From NCBI GenBank assembly GCA_046593995.1, contig JBKJQC010001264.1, positions 1 to 50,887 on the forward strand: a DNA stretch of 50,887 nt, read 5' to 3'. The stretch comes from Polyangiales bacterium. Lineage in GTDB: Bacteria > Myxococcota_A > Polyangia > Polyangiales > JADJMO01. Shown in pieces: positions 1-9,636 of this stretch (position 1 is its first letter; every line of letters begins with the position of its first letter). A program made the translations under genes and the position numbers. The notes beneath the pieces are model-generated. The model did no database searches, was not told the origin of the DNA, and saw only the letters and a program-made list of their open reading frames with translations.

Positions 1-187
1 GCGCACGCATGAGGCGGATGAACGCGGCCTTTCGCGGGTACGCGAGCTCGTACGCCGCCCACTCGGCCTCCGAGCGCTTGAACGTGATCCAGTTGTAGAT
101 CGTCCCAGCCACGGCCAGGCCGATCATCCAAAGGATCCCGCGCGCGACAGGGTGCGCCGTGAGCCACGTTTCGATGGCAGCGAGCAT
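1..187 (-). CDS. small membrane protein, N-terminal part only (ORF runs off the left edge)
   Basis: ATG at 187-185 preceded by CCGGAG. Reads MLAAIETWLTAHPVARGILWMIGLAVAGTIYNWITFKRSEAEW... with one hydrophobic helix and G/C-ending codons. Confidence 0.5.
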   Translation of the reverse strand, partial: MLAAIETWLTAHPVARGILWMIGLAVAGTIYNWITFKRSEAEWAAYELAYPRKAAFIRLMRA

Positions 188-223
188 TGAAGACTCCGGA
201 CCCCGCGTCATGCGGGAGTTGAC

Positions 224-685
224 TCAGTACGAGGGCGCGAGGCCCTCGACGACCTGCAGCGTGGTGCCTTCCCAGGTCTCCACGGTGTCGTCGTCGTACG
301 TGACTTCGATCTGAACGATGTGCTGCCCGAGCTGCAGCTCGAGAGACTGCTCCGGCGTGTACGCGATCGTGACCTTGCCGAGGTCCTCGTCGAGCACGGT
401 CATCCCACGCGACTCCTCGGCCACGCTTACCGCAGCCTGCAGGTGTCGGCGCTCCCACCTCACGGTGGCGCCGGCGAGCGATTGCGGCGTACCGCCGACC
501 AGGAGCTGCCACTGCGCCTTGCCCTCGATGAGGCTGTCGCCGCGGACGATGCGCAGGGTGCGAGTGCTCACGACTTCCTCCGATTCGACCATGACGACGG
601 CGCGCTTGCCGGGTGCCGTGAAGACCAGCGCGCGCGCGCCGAGTTGCGGAGGCGTGTCGTAAAGCGAGCGCAGGGCGAGGAGCAT
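224..685 (-). CDS. virion protein with BppU-N-like Ig/beta-sandwich domain (fibre accessory)
   Basis: 153-aa ORF with ATG start, last gene of the fibre cluster. Its pattern (RIVRGDS..ATVRW..IEVTYDDD) resembles the C-terminal 109 aa of ORF 48010..49803. Confidence 0.7.
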   Translation of the reverse strand: MLLALRSLYDTPPQLGARALVFTAPGKRAVVMVESEEVVSTRTLRIVRGDSLIEGKAQWQLLVGGTPQSLAGATVRWERRHLQAAVSVAEESRGMTVLDEDLGKVTIAYTPEQSLELQLGQHIVQIEVTYDDDTVETWEGTTLQVVEGLAPSY

Positions 686-716
686 TACGACCTACCGGCT
701 GACACAATCTTCGACA

Positions 717-2405
717 TCAGTACCCCAGCGCCGTTTTTACGTAGCCCTTGTAGGCAGTGTGACCGGCCGGATCCGGGTGGATGCCGTCAGTCGTCGAGAC
801 CACCCACGCCGTCGTGTCGACTACGACCGGTGCTGGCGACCACGCGCTGCGCGCGGCCACGGCAGCGTCAATCTCCGCACGGAACGCGGCCTCAGTCGCA
901 TCCGCGATGTCCGCTCGCACGAGCGGATAGGCCATGTACATCTTGCACGACGGCTTCAGCGCGTGAATCTCATCCATGAGCGACGCGAGCTTGGCGCCCC
1001 ACGTCGCTGCGGCGGTGCCGTAATCGTTCGTTCCGATCGCGCTCCAGAATTCGTTGGTGGTCGTGCCGTCCATGCCCGCGGCGAAGATGGCCGCGATCGT
1101 CGCGACCGTGTCCCCGGTGAGGCTCCGGCCCGAGTACGCCTCGATCGTGACGCCGCCGGGGAAGTCCCGGCGCAGGAGATGATCCCACCCCTCGGTCAAG
1201 GGGAATGTTGCGTAGTAGCCGGACGAGATCGAATCGCCGTAGACCACGAGCCGACGCGAAGGAGCACTCGCCGTAGACAGCGTCGTCGTCAGTGCCGCAG
1301 CCGTGGGCACGCGGATCGCGCGGAGCTGCGCGCCGTTCCCCGTGCCGAGTTGCCGACCGTTGATCACGTTGATCGTTTTTGTGCCTGCCGCAATCGCGGT
1401 GAACGTACCCGAGCAGAAAACGCTGCTGGTGGGGGCGCCGACGGTGGTTTCCGCCTTGTGCGACGTCGTGGAGATCAAGTCCAAGTCCCCAACAAATCCG
1501 CCAGCGTCGACGGGCACGAAGTCATAGGCGATTTTCGCGGCGTCGGTGACGAGGCGAACGCGCGCGAACATCGAGCGCCGCGTGCCATACGACTGCGCCT
1601 CGTTGTAAGCGCTGTCGTTGAAGTGCGACGTGTCGAGCGGGAAGCGACGCTCGCCGATGTCTGTGCGCGTGATCGTACCGGTCTTCGTGAGTGTGAAGCC
1701 GCCGACGCTACACGTGGTCGTGGACGCGGAGCCGTCCCAGTCGGTCTCGGCACGCCACAAGAACGCGAGGTCGGCGTCTGCGAGCAGCGCGGCGGGGAAG
1801 TGATTGCGATCGAACGTCGTCTGGTGCAACGCCGTGTACGCCTGCAACTCGGCGTCCGTGAGTACGCGGTTGATGATGGCGATCGCTATCAGGCCGATAC
1901 TGCAGGGGCCGCCGTACGTGAGCCAGGGGCTGTTTCCGATCGTGAAGATCGCGGACGCGCTCGGGGCGTTCCAGCTGAACGCGGCACTCGTGCGGATCGC
2001 TTCTCCGGCAGTACACCAGCGGAGCGCGCTCGTTCCGTTCGACGGGACCACAACGCCGACCGCAACGCGGTTGCCTGCGTTCAGGGTCAGCGCCGCGGCG
2101 CTCGATGCGCCGCCTGCGCCGTGGCCGACGATGTACGGCGTATCGCCGCTCACAAAATCGATCGTCCAACCGTTCACGCCTCCGACCTCGCAGAATGCGA
2201 CCGGTTCGACGTTCGACCCTACGGCGGTCGTCGGCTTCTCGACGATGACGAGCATCGTCTTGCCAGGACCGAAGCTCGGCCCGGTCCCGACAGGCGCGGC
2301 GAAACGCGCCGTCCCGGTCGCAGTGATGGCCGCCCCGGTGTAATCAACCAGATTGCTCGACCGCTGCCCGGCGACGAACGGCAGCGCGATCCCGATCCCG
2401 ATCAT
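717..2405 (-). CDS. tail fibre/spike protein: LamG-like N-terminus plus C-terminal SGNH/GDSL hydrolase
   Basis: 562 aa. SGNH blocks VVYGDSISSG, AIGTNDYG and TTDGIHPDPAGH sit in the last ~190 aa. INRVLTDAELQAY is typical of Laminin_G_3-type domains. Lies in the fibre cluster. Confidence 0.85.
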   Translation of the reverse strand: MIGIGIALPFVAGQRSSNLVDYTGAAITATGTARFAAPVGTGPSFGPGKTMLVIVEKPTTAVGSNVEPVAFCEVGGVNGWTIDFVSGDTPYIVGHGAGGASSAAALTLNAGNRVAVGVVVPSNGTSALRWCTAGEAIRTSAAFSWNAPSASAIFTIGNSPWLTYGGPCSIGLIAIAIINRVLTDAELQAYTALHQTTFDRNHFPAALLADADLAFLWRAETDWDGSASTTTCSVGGFTLTKTGTITRTDIGERRFPLDTSHFNDSAYNEAQSYGTRRSMFARVRLVTDAAKIAYDFVPVDAGGFVGDLDLISTTSHKAETTVGAPTSSVFCSGTFTAIAAGTKTINVINGRQLGTGNGAQLRAIRVPTAAALTTTLSTASAPSRRLVVYGDSISSGYYATFPLTEGWDHLLRRDFPGGVTIEAYSGRSLTGDTVATIAAIFAAGMDGTTTNEFWSAIGTNDYGTAAATWGAKLASLMDEIHALKPSCKMYMAYPLVRADIADATEAAFRAEIDAAVAARSAWSPAPVVVDTTAWVVSTTDGIHPDPAGHTAYKGYVKTALGY

Positions 2406-2409
2406 CGCA

Positions 2410-2958
2410 TCACCCGATCAGCAGCATGTCCGCTGCCGTGCTGGTCGCGAGAATGCGCTTGAAGCGGTACGGAAGTCGGCCGCTGCTCGGGATGTTCTTG
2501 AACGTGCGAGACGCGGTGTCGTCGGAGTAGAGGTAGCCGACGACGGTGCCGCCGGTGCCGATGAAGAGCTCGCGGTGGACGGTTGCGATGTCGGATGCAG
2601 CGGGGACGACGACTGTCGATGTCGCGCCAGAGCCGAGGCCGAGGACGCCCGTGAGCACGCTGGCGAGCGTGGTCTCGGTCGCGCGAAGACCGAGAGCCGT
2701 GAGGATGCTCGCGAGCTTCGTGTCGAGCCCGGCGATCGCCGCGAGCTGGTCGAGGAACGCCTTCGCCGACACGACGAGCCCCTTGTCCGCGTCGACCGCG
2801 TCGGCGATGGCCTTCACGCGCGCATGCGAGTTGGCGTCGATCGGGTCGCTGCTCACGACGCGCTGCCGATGCACCGTGCCGGACGCGGTCGTCACAGCAT
2901 CGGCGTCGATCTTCTTGCCGGTGCCGTCTTTCGCTACGCCTACGAATGCATCAGACAT
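2410..2958 (-). CDS. hypothetical tail-fibre-associated protein
   Basis: 182-aa ORF with ATG start and plausible composition. Its stop is 5 nt upstream of the next start. Confidence 0.7.
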   Translation of the reverse strand: MSDAFVGVAKDGTGKKIDADAVTTASGTVHRQRVVSSDPIDANSHARVKAIADAVDADKGLVVSAKAFLDQLAAIAGLDTKLASILTALGLRATETTLASVLTGVLGLGSGATSTVVVPAASDIATVHRELFIGTGGTVVGYLYSDDTASRTFKNIPSSGRLPYRFKRILATSTAADMLLIG

Positions 2959-3104
2959 CGGTCACGCTCCTCACGGCGATACAGTCCAACAGCTCGCCCC
3001 ATCAGCACGCGCTCGGCCGCGCCCACCGCAGGCCTCGTGCGGCGCACGAAGGCCACGGTCGACTCCTCGAGCTCGTCACGCCCTTTTACCAACACGTCAC
3101 CGCA

Positions 3105-4352
3105 TCACAGGTTGCTCGCTGTGCCGGCGACGCGAAGGGTCTCGATCACCGACGCCCCCCACCGGTAGGTGGTGGCCGCGATGCCTGTCACGCGGATGCG
3201 CACGAGACCCGCGCTGACGTCGTAGGTGGCCGCGCACGCGTCACCGGACGCTGCGAGCGTGGTCACGACGGATCCGATCAGCGTGCATACCGACGCAGCG
3301 ACCTTGTACGTCGCGGTGATGCCGATCGAGAACCCGGACGAGCCGTCCGTCTTCGTCGCCATGACCACCGACGAGATTACGCGGATGCCCGTGACGATTC
3401 TGTTCGGCAGTTCCTTAAGCGTCGTCTGCGTCGCGTCCGTCGTGTCGATCTCGAACACCTGCGAGTACTCGCCGGCCGTGCCGTCGTTGTCCTCGACGAA
3501 GTTGTCGCCACTCGTCGCGGTGCTCATTCCGACAGCGCCAATGAACCGCGCGACGCAAGCTCCAGAGGTCCCCGTCGACACGATGCTGCCTGTCGCGGTG
3601 AACGACGTCGCCGTCAGCGCGCCGACCGCGCACGTGCCGGTAGTCGAGACGTTCAGGCTCCCGAGCGCGAACGTCGTCGTCGACATCGTCGCGCGGGTCG
3701 TACCGGCGATCTTCCAGCCGTAGGTGCCCGCGGTTCCGCCCGCCGCGGGCGACGGAATCACCCACTCCATCGCCGCGCTGTTGCGGTTGGTGCCCGTCGC
3801 GCTCGCCCACGGCGCCTGCGACGTGAACACGGTGTTGGTCGTCGCGAAGTCGCCGACGACCGTATCGTGCCCGTACGCCGCGGCCGCGAATCGACCCCAC
3901 GAGATCCCGAGCTCGCTCAGCGTGACAATCGGGAAGGTCAGCGGCGGGCCGCCGCTCGCCGTGTAGAACGAGAACGTGTCGGCCGACGTCCAGGCCTGGC
4001 CGTACGGGATCTGGCCGGTTGGCGGCGGGACGGCGCCGGTGACCGAGACGAGCCCCTCGACGATTGCGGTGATGTGCAGCGCGGTGCCGCTCGGGACCGA
4101 GACGGACGTCCCGGTGGGCCCGACGACGGTCACCGAGAAGCCACCCGTGGTCGCGTTCTTGAACACCCAGTCGTCGCCGACGTCGGTACGAGCGAGCCGA
4201 ACGGTGCGCGCAGTTGTGATGGCCCCCGTGAACACGAGGAGCTTCGCGACGCAGGTGTCCTCGTCGACGAACGTCTCGGCGGCCGTGTTGGTGACGGGGA
4301 CAGGCGCGTAGCCACCGAAGCGGTGCAGGCGCGACATCCAGCTCGAAGTCAT
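3105..4352 (-). CDS. tail fibre protein
   Basis: 415 aa, Thr/Ser/Gly/Ala-rich beta-type sequence. GAGGAG lies upstream of ATG 4352. Positioned downstream of the baseplate genes. Confidence 0.8.
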   Translation of the reverse strand: MTSSWMSRLHRFGGYAPVPVTNTAAETFVDEDTCVAKLLVFTGAITTARTVRLARTDVGDDWVFKNATTGGFSVTVVGPTGTSVSVPSGTALHITAIVEGLVSVTGAVPPPTGQIPYGQAWTSADTFSFYTASGGPPLTFPIVTLSELGISWGRFAAAAYGHDTVVGDFATTNTVFTSQAPWASATGTNRNSAAMEWVIPSPAAGGTAGTYGWKIAGTTRATMSTTTFALGSLNVSTTGTCAVGALTATSFTATGSIVSTGTSGACVARFIGAVGMSTATSGDNFVEDNDGTAGEYSQVFEIDTTDATQTTLKELPNRIVTGIRVISSVVMATKTDGSSGFSIGITATYKVAASVCTLIGSVVTTLAASGDACAATYDVSAGLVRIRVTGIAATTYRWGASVIETLRVAGTASNL

Positions 4353-4365
4353 GGTGCGGAGCTCC

Positions 4366-5199
4366 TCACGGACGGAACACTTGGACGGTCCACTCGGTCG
4401 GACCGCGGACCCACGATGCGGTCGTGCCGTCGCCCTTCACCTGCAGGCGCACACGCGTCGTCCCCGTCGCGACTGCCGTGTGCATGATCTGGTGCGCGAA
4501 GATGCTCTGCGCGACACCCGCGCCCGTAGGGAGGGCGGAACTCTGACTTAGTGTCTCGTCGTAGGCCGTGCCGGTCGCTACGCCAGCGAAGTCGTCGACG
4601 AATTGCATCCGCGCAAATGCCTCGCCCGTCCCTGCCGCAGCGATGGCGAGACCGAAGCGGCAGAACGCGAAGACCAGGTCGCCGGTGACAATGCCCGAGA
4701 CGTCGATGTACGTGCCGATGCTCGAGGTTCCCACGTAGACCGCGCTGTTGATCGACTCCGCCGTGCCGAGGCCGACCCCGCCGATGCGTGCGCCCTTCAC
4801 GAACCGGTTCGGCACCGGCTCGACGACCTTGCCGCCGACGAGCGTGGGGAACGACGTGTAGCCGCTGAGCACCCACATGCCGCCTGGCGCACCCGCGGCG
4901 ATCAAGTACGGCGACTGCGCCGTGAGGACGAGTCCCTGGGTGAATCGATACAGGCCGTAACCTGGAACCGCGCAGTGCTCGCCGTCGGCCATGCCAGTCA
5001 GCGCAGCCATCGCGGCGATGCTCGCGGCGTCTCGGATCTTGAGCGCACCCGCCGCGAGGCGCGCGTTGATGAACGCGCAGGTGTTGGCGAGCGGCTGCGC
5101 GACGGCGGCGACCGAGGCACCAGTTACACCTTCGCCATCGTTCGGGCGTGGGACGATGTTGATGTCGTTCGAGGCGACGGGAGTGACGGTCGTCGGCAT
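4366..5199 (-). CDS. tail fibre / receptor-binding protein candidate
   Basis: 277-aa ORF directly after the baseplate I-like gene, with fibre-like composition. Confidence 0.7.
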   Translation of the reverse strand: MPTTVTPVASNDINIVPRPNDGEGVTGASVAAVAQPLANTCAFINARLAAGALKIRDAASIAAMAALTGMADGEHCAVPGYGLYRFTQGLVLTAQSPYLIAAGAPGGMWVLSGYTSFPTLVGGKVVEPVPNRFVKGARIGGVGLGTAESINSAVYVGTSSIGTYIDVSGIVTGDLVFAFCRFGLAIAAAGTGEAFARMQFVDDFAGVATGTAYDETLSQSSALPTGAGVAQSIFAHQIMHTAVATGTTRVRLQVKGDGTTASWVRGPTEWTVQVFRP

Positions 5200-5211
5200 G
5201 CAGAGCCTCTC

Positions 5212-5895
5212 TCAGAGCGCGGGGACAGGGATGTACGCGACGCGTGCCAGTCCGCCGTCAGGGTCACCGTCGGTCGCGCCGTTCGCTTCGATCACGTCGC
5301 CGGCGAGCACGATGGCGATCCACTCGCAGTAGGCGTGCGCGGGCTTCTGCTTCCGCACGAGCTGCTGCAGGAGCGCGAGCAGGCGAGGGTCACCGTTGAC
5401 CCCGTAGAGCTGCCCTCCGCCGTAGATCGATCCGTCCCCGTACCTCGAGGCGAAGTCGGTGCCGAACGGATGTGGATGGCGAAGGATCACGTTGATCCAG
5501 CGCGCGCGTGCCGGTGTCGCTGAGTACCGTCCCCATCCCGGCGTGAACGACTCGCGGACCTCGACGTTTGTCATGCCGAGCCCGGCGAACGCGTCGACGA
5601 TCCCCTTCTCCGTGCCCGCCCATTCCGCGAGGTGCCACGAGAGCTTGAGCCGCTCGCGATACTCGTTCGCGTATTCGCCGGGCGCCTGAGGCCATCCGAG
5701 GCTGTCCCCGATCAGCGCCAACGCATCGTCGGGACACGTGCCGATGTACCGCGCACGCACCGCGCGGCGCGCCATCATGATCATGTCCTGCTTGAGGACG
5801 CCGAGCGCCTCGTGCCAGCGCTTCGCCCACGGGCCGAGCTGCCACGCCGGTGCGGCGCGCGGCTGGTACTCGTAGTACGGCAGCGGTTCGGGCAT
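5212..5895 (-). CDS. baseplate/tail protein, P2 gpI / Mu gp48-like (DUF2313-type)
   Basis: The real start MPEPLPYYEY is at 5895, in an ATGA overlap with the J-like stop. The upstream 345 aa of track ORF 5212..6930 are Arg-rich shadow. Sits next to the J-like gene. Confidence 0.8.
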   Translation of the reverse strand: MPEPLPYYEYQPRAAPAWQLGPWAKRWHEALGVLKQDMIMMARRAVRARYIGTCPDDALALIGDSLGWPQAPGEYANEYRERLKLSWHLAEWAGTEKGIVDAFAGLGMTNVEVRESFTPGWGRYSATPARARWINVILRHPHPFGTDFASRYGDGSIYGGGQLYGVNGDPRLLALLQQLVRKQKPAHAYCEWIAIVLAGDVIEANGATDGDPDGGLARVAYIPVPAL

Positions 5896-7031
5896 CAGAC
5901 GCTCACGTAGGTGAGGGAGAGGCTCAGCGTCGCGACGCCGCTCAGCGACGGCGTGACGTCGTCGGTGCCTGGCAGCATCGGGGTGACGCCGTCCGCCTTC
6001 ATGGGCGTGAAGTTCAAGACGCCGCCTGCGGCCATGACGCGTTCGATGAGCTCGGACACGAACATCTGCCCGCCGATCGCGAGGCTCGAGAAGTACGCCG
6101 CCAGGCTGGCGTTGATTTGCTGCTCGGCGCTCTGGCGATAGGCAGCACGGACACGGACGGTGCCGCGAAGGCTGACGACGTAGGCGACCGCGGCGATCGT
6201 CTGAACGAGGGTACCGAGCGGGCGACGCAACTGGATGGCGGCGACGGCCGCCGTCAGCGCTGCGGCGGTCGGAACCCCGGATGCCGATGCGACGATGACG
6301 GTCACAGCGAACGCGGGCGGCACGGCCAGCGGATCCTCTTGAACGCGCACACGTGTGATCGTGGGATCCGAGTCGAGCGCGTGCTTCACGTAGCTGTCGG
6401 TCGGCCCGGTCGACGCGAACGTCGCGAACTTCGTCGTCAAGCGCACCCGAAGGCTTTCGTCGGCTTCCTCGTCCGCCCCGTCGACGGTGCGCCACGAGCC
6501 ACCGCTCGCTGCGCTGAGCGCGAGGCCCGGCACCGGGGACGCCATGCGGAGCGTCGAGGCGTCGACGTTGTACGCCGCTCCAGGCTTCTCCGCGGCGATC
6601 GAGAACGTCACGGCGGTGTTCGGGTTGCCGGTGACCGCCGTCACGTTCCGGAAAATGACGTCCGGATCGGCAGTCGTGGTGATCACGAGCTCGCCGGCCG
6701 CGTAGGGGTACGGGGTACCGGCTGACTCCGTGAGCGTGATCGCCCCGACCGTCTGCTGCGCGAGCTTTCGCTGCTCCTGGTAGAACTCCTTCGCGTGCAG
6801 CGTCAGGCCTGCGCCGGTCGCCGTCGACGTGAGGCCCATGAGGCCGACGTTGGCGATGTCCTGCGACAGCCCGGCGAGGACCTCCGCGTCGTACTCGATC
6901 AGACCACGAGGCTCGTCGGTCTCTCCCCACGCAGTCGTCGGGAAGGCGGCGCTCGCGAAGATGCCGAGAGCGACCGTCACGACCTGGTCGCGCGTGAGCG
7001 GCGTGACGATGTCGGCGAAGAGTACGGACAT
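5895..7031 (-). CDS. baseplate J-like protein
   Basis: About 378 aa. ATG at 7031 (MSVLFADIV) lies 1 nt after the upstream stop; the track start at 7043 is TTG. Size and position are typical of the gpJ/gp47 family. Confidence 0.85.
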   Translation of the reverse strand: MSVLFADIVTPLTRDQVVTVALGIFASAAFPTTAWGETDEPRGLIEYDAEVLAGLSQDIANVGLMGLTSTATGAGLTLHAKEFYQEQRKLAQQTVGAITLTESAGTPYPYAAGELVITTTADPDVIFRNVTAVTGNPNTAVTFSIAAEKPGAAYNVDASTLRMASPVPGLALSAASGGSWRTVDGADEEADESLRVRLTTKFATFASTGPTDSYVKHALDSDPTITRVRVQEDPLAVPPAFAVTVIVASASGVPTAAALTAAVAAIQLRRPLGTLVQTIAAVAYVVSLRGTVRVRAAYRQSAEQQINASLAAYFSSLAIGGQMFVSELIERVMAAGGVLNFTPMKADGVTPMLPGTDDVTPSLSGVATLSLSLTYVSV

Positions 7032-7032
7032 G

Positions 7033-7452
7033 TCAGCTCGCAATTCCGGCGGAGAGGATTTCGAGCGTGAGGGCCGAGACCTCGATCACGAGACGGAACG
7101 GTCCGTCCGCAGTGACGAGCGCTGCTTCGATTCGCAGTCGACGCGTCGAACTGTCGTAGGTGACGGTCACGTCCGCGGCTCGGACGCGCTCGTCTCCGAG
7201 GCACTCCGTCCGCACGTGAGCGGCGATCATCAGGAGCGGCGCCTGCGACCGCGCGTCGAAGCCCTCGTTCACCATCTCGCGGACGTCGAAGCCCACGCCG
7301 AGAGCCCACGAGAGCGTCTTCCGGCGAGTGACGAGGCGACGGAGCACCGAGTGCGCGACAGCGGTGTTGCCGGTGACCCGGTGAAAGTACGGGTCGAGAT
7401 CTGGCCCGCTCGCGGTCCAGAGGGTCGCGATGCCGGTGCCGAGGTCTGCCAT
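7033..7452 (-). CDS. baseplate wedge protein (gpW/gp25-like by position)
   Basis: 139-aa ORF with ATG start, immediately upstream of the J-like gene. Confidence 0.65.
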   Translation of the reverse strand: MADLGTGIATLWTASGPDLDPYFHRVTGNTAVAHSVLRRLVTRRKTLSWALGVGFDVREMVNEGFDARSQAPLLMIAAHVRTECLGDERVRAADVTVTYDSSTRRLRIEAALVTADGPFRLVIEVSALTLEILSAGIAS

Positions 7453-7457
7453 GGTGA

Positions 7458-7991
7458 TCAGATCGGGAAGAACGTCGGAAGAATCGCGGCTGTCGCCGGC
7501 GACTCGGTCAGCAGCATCACGCCCTGCACGCGCGCGCCCGGCAGCCCGCCATTGATCCCGCCGCTGACGAGCGCCGCGAGCTCGGAGCCGACGGCCGCAG
7601 CGGTGCTGTCGACCTTGAAGACGTGGACGCCGCCGGCGGAGAGCGCGCCGTTGAGCGTCGTGAGGATCGACTCGAGCTGGACACGGAACACGTCGAGCGC
7701 GAGGAACTTGGCGCCGAAGGACAGGTTCGCCTCGATCAGGGGCTGCGGGATCGAGGTGATGATGTTGGCGATCTGCGAGAGCGCGCTCGCCGCGGCCGCT
7801 GCGATCGCAGCCGCGAGGTCCGCCGGGTTCGGCAGCGTCGCCAGCAGCGCGACGTTCGCGTTGATCTGCCCCGTCAGCTCGGCGAGCCTCGCGAGGAGGT
7901 CGGTAATCATCTGCGTGAGCGCCGGGAGCACCAGCGGGATCGCGAGGTTGGCGGACGCGAGGCTCGTCGTCGTGATGTACGTGACGGCCAT
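7458..7991 (-). CDS. hypothetical baseplate protein (Ala/Leu-rich)
   Basis: Real start MAVTYITTTS is at 7991, 3 nt after the upstream stop. The N-terminal 131 aa of the track ORF are shadow. Confidence 0.65.
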   Translation of the reverse strand: MAVTYITTTSLASANLAIPLVLPALTQMITDLLARLAELTGQINANVALLATLPNPADLAAAIAAAAASALSQIANIITSIPQPLIEANLSFGAKFLALDVFRVQLESILTTLNGALSAGGVHVFKVDSTAAAVGSELAALVSGGINGGLPGARVQGVMLLTESPATAAILPTFFPI

Positions 7992-7993
7992 GG

Positions 7994-9109
7994 TCAGCCC
8001 GCCTTCACGATCGCAGAGCCGCGGAGGATGTACCCGGTGATCGGAAGTGAAGCGGTGCCGGTCGTGAGGCTCGCGACGGCAGCGGCCGTCAGCAGCACGA
8101 CGACGCTGTCGCCGATGCACGCGACACCGCGTGTGCCGTCGCCGAGCTTCACGAGATCGGCGGCGAGCTGGATCTCGATGACCGACGACGTCTCCCAGCC
8201 GGTGACCGCAGGCTTCGAAGGGTCGCCCTCGAGGAACTCGACGAACACGCGGGCGCCCGGCCGGACCTTCGCGCTCACACCGGGGATGCCGTAGCGCACC
8301 GGCACCTGCGTGAGCTGCGGGATCCGCTTGCTGTCGGGAACGAGGTCGAGCGATCCGTCTGGATGCTGCACGACGATGCGGCACGGGTAGGCCGCACGCA
8401 TGTCGAGCCGCGGGCCGAGCAGATTCTCGATGGTGCGAACGATGGACTCGAAGAGCGACCGCCTCGCGAACGAGGCTTCGACGCGCATCGCCGACCCGTC
8501 GATCGTGGTGCGGACGTAGGTGATTTGCTTGCCGTCGATCGTGACGTTCGCGTCCAGCGTCGGGTCATCCGTGACGAGGACCAGGGTGCGTTGCACGGGG
8601 TCCTCGTCGAGGAGCTCGTGGTCCAGCGTCCGCGCGGGGAACTTCGGAACACCGACCCAGATGGTGCCGTCGGCGAGCGTTCGCCAGATCGCGCCAAGGG
8701 GCCGGAGCAAGTCCGACAGGACCGACGAGCAGGGACCTGCCGCGCGATTCCACGATGCGAGGGTGCGGCCGGTGACGGCGGGATCGGACGACTCCGAGAG
8801 GGTTTCGCCCGCGGCGCGCAGGATGTCGGTCGCCACGACGCGGAGCGAGGTGCCGCGGTATGGCTTCGCCGGGAGCTCCTTCGCGAGCCCGCCGGCGCCG
8901 CCGACGAGACGCAGCGTGATCCGGCTATGGACGTTGCCGGGGTTCACGACCGTGCCGGACAGGACGAGGCCGCCGTCGATGGTGAGCGTCGCGCGCCCTG
9001 TTGGGGCCACGGGGGCGTCGAGCTCGAGCAGCGCGTGCCATGCGCCGTCGAGCGGACGATTGATTTCGCACGAGACCACGCGCTCGCCGTTGAGGAGTGC
9101 GGTGCTCAC
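7994..9109 (-). CDS. baseplate hub with C-terminal gpV/Mu gp45-like spike domain
   Basis: GTG 9109 is in a GTGA overlap with the upstream stop. The C-terminal segment VRYGIPGVSAKVRPGARVFVEFLEGDPSKPAVTGW is typical of baseplate assembly protein V OB-folds. Confidence 0.75.
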   Translation of the reverse strand: MSTALLNGERVVSCEINRPLDGAWHALLELDAPVAPTGRATLTIDGGLVLSGTVVNPGNVHSRITLRLVGGAGGLAKELPAKPYRGTSLRVVATDILRAAGETLSESSDPAVTGRTLASWNRAAGPCSSVLSDLLRPLGAIWRTLADGTIWVGVPKFPARTLDHELLDEDPVQRTLVLVTDDPTLDANVTIDGKQITYVRTTIDGSAMRVEASFARRSLFESIVRTIENLLGPRLDMRAAYPCRIVVQHPDGSLDLVPDSKRIPQLTQVPVRYGIPGVSAKVRPGARVFVEFLEGDPSKPAVTGWETSSVIEIQLAADLVKLGDGTRGVACIGDSVVVLLTAAAVASLTTGTASLPITGYILRGSAIVKAG

Positions 9110-9636
9110 TTGGTCTCCCAAGGCTTCGGGGGCGGCGGGGGCGGCGGCTTCTTCGACGAGGACAAGAGATCACCGGGGAGGTCCGCGTCCGTGATCTTCT
9201 TCGCGACGCTCTTGGTCGTCTTCGGCGGGGCCGCCCACTGCGTGCACGAGAGCTCCGCGACGTACGTGTCGGCCGACGCGTTGTCCGGCCACTTGATCTT
9301 CTCGACCACCATCGACGCTACGTCTGCGTCCTGCAGCATCGGGTGTGACACTGCGATGCCCTGCTCCCGAGACGCCTCGCGGACGTACCGGCAGATCGCG
9401 CGGATGGTGTTGAGCCCGTCTGCGTTCGAGCCGGTGAGTCGGATCGAGAACGTCGCGAGCTCGTCACCAGTGAAGCGGATCGACGCGCCGTTCCGCCCGC
9501 GAGCCTTCGGCTTGTCGTAGCTCGAGCTCGTCTCGAGGCCGAAGAGGTGCGCACGGATCACCGACTCCTTGACGAGGATGGTCCCGATCGTGACCTGCCA
9601 GGCGTTCGGGTCCTGACGCGGAGTGGGGATGGACAT
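9106..9636 (-). CDS. tail/baseplate protein of unknown function with C-terminal poly-proline tract
   Basis: 176 aa. Its ATG shares 1 nt with the tape-measure stop (TGATG). Ends in ...KKPPPPPPPKPWETK. Confidence 0.7.
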   Translation of the reverse strand: MSIPTPRQDPNAWQVTIGTILVKESVIRAHLFGLETSSSYDKPKARGRNGASIRFTGDELATFSIRLTGSNADGLNTIRAICRYVREASREQGIAVSHPMLQDADVASMVVEKIKWPDNASADTYVAELSCTQWAAPPKTTKSVAKKITDADLPGDLLSSSKKPPPPPPPKPWETK

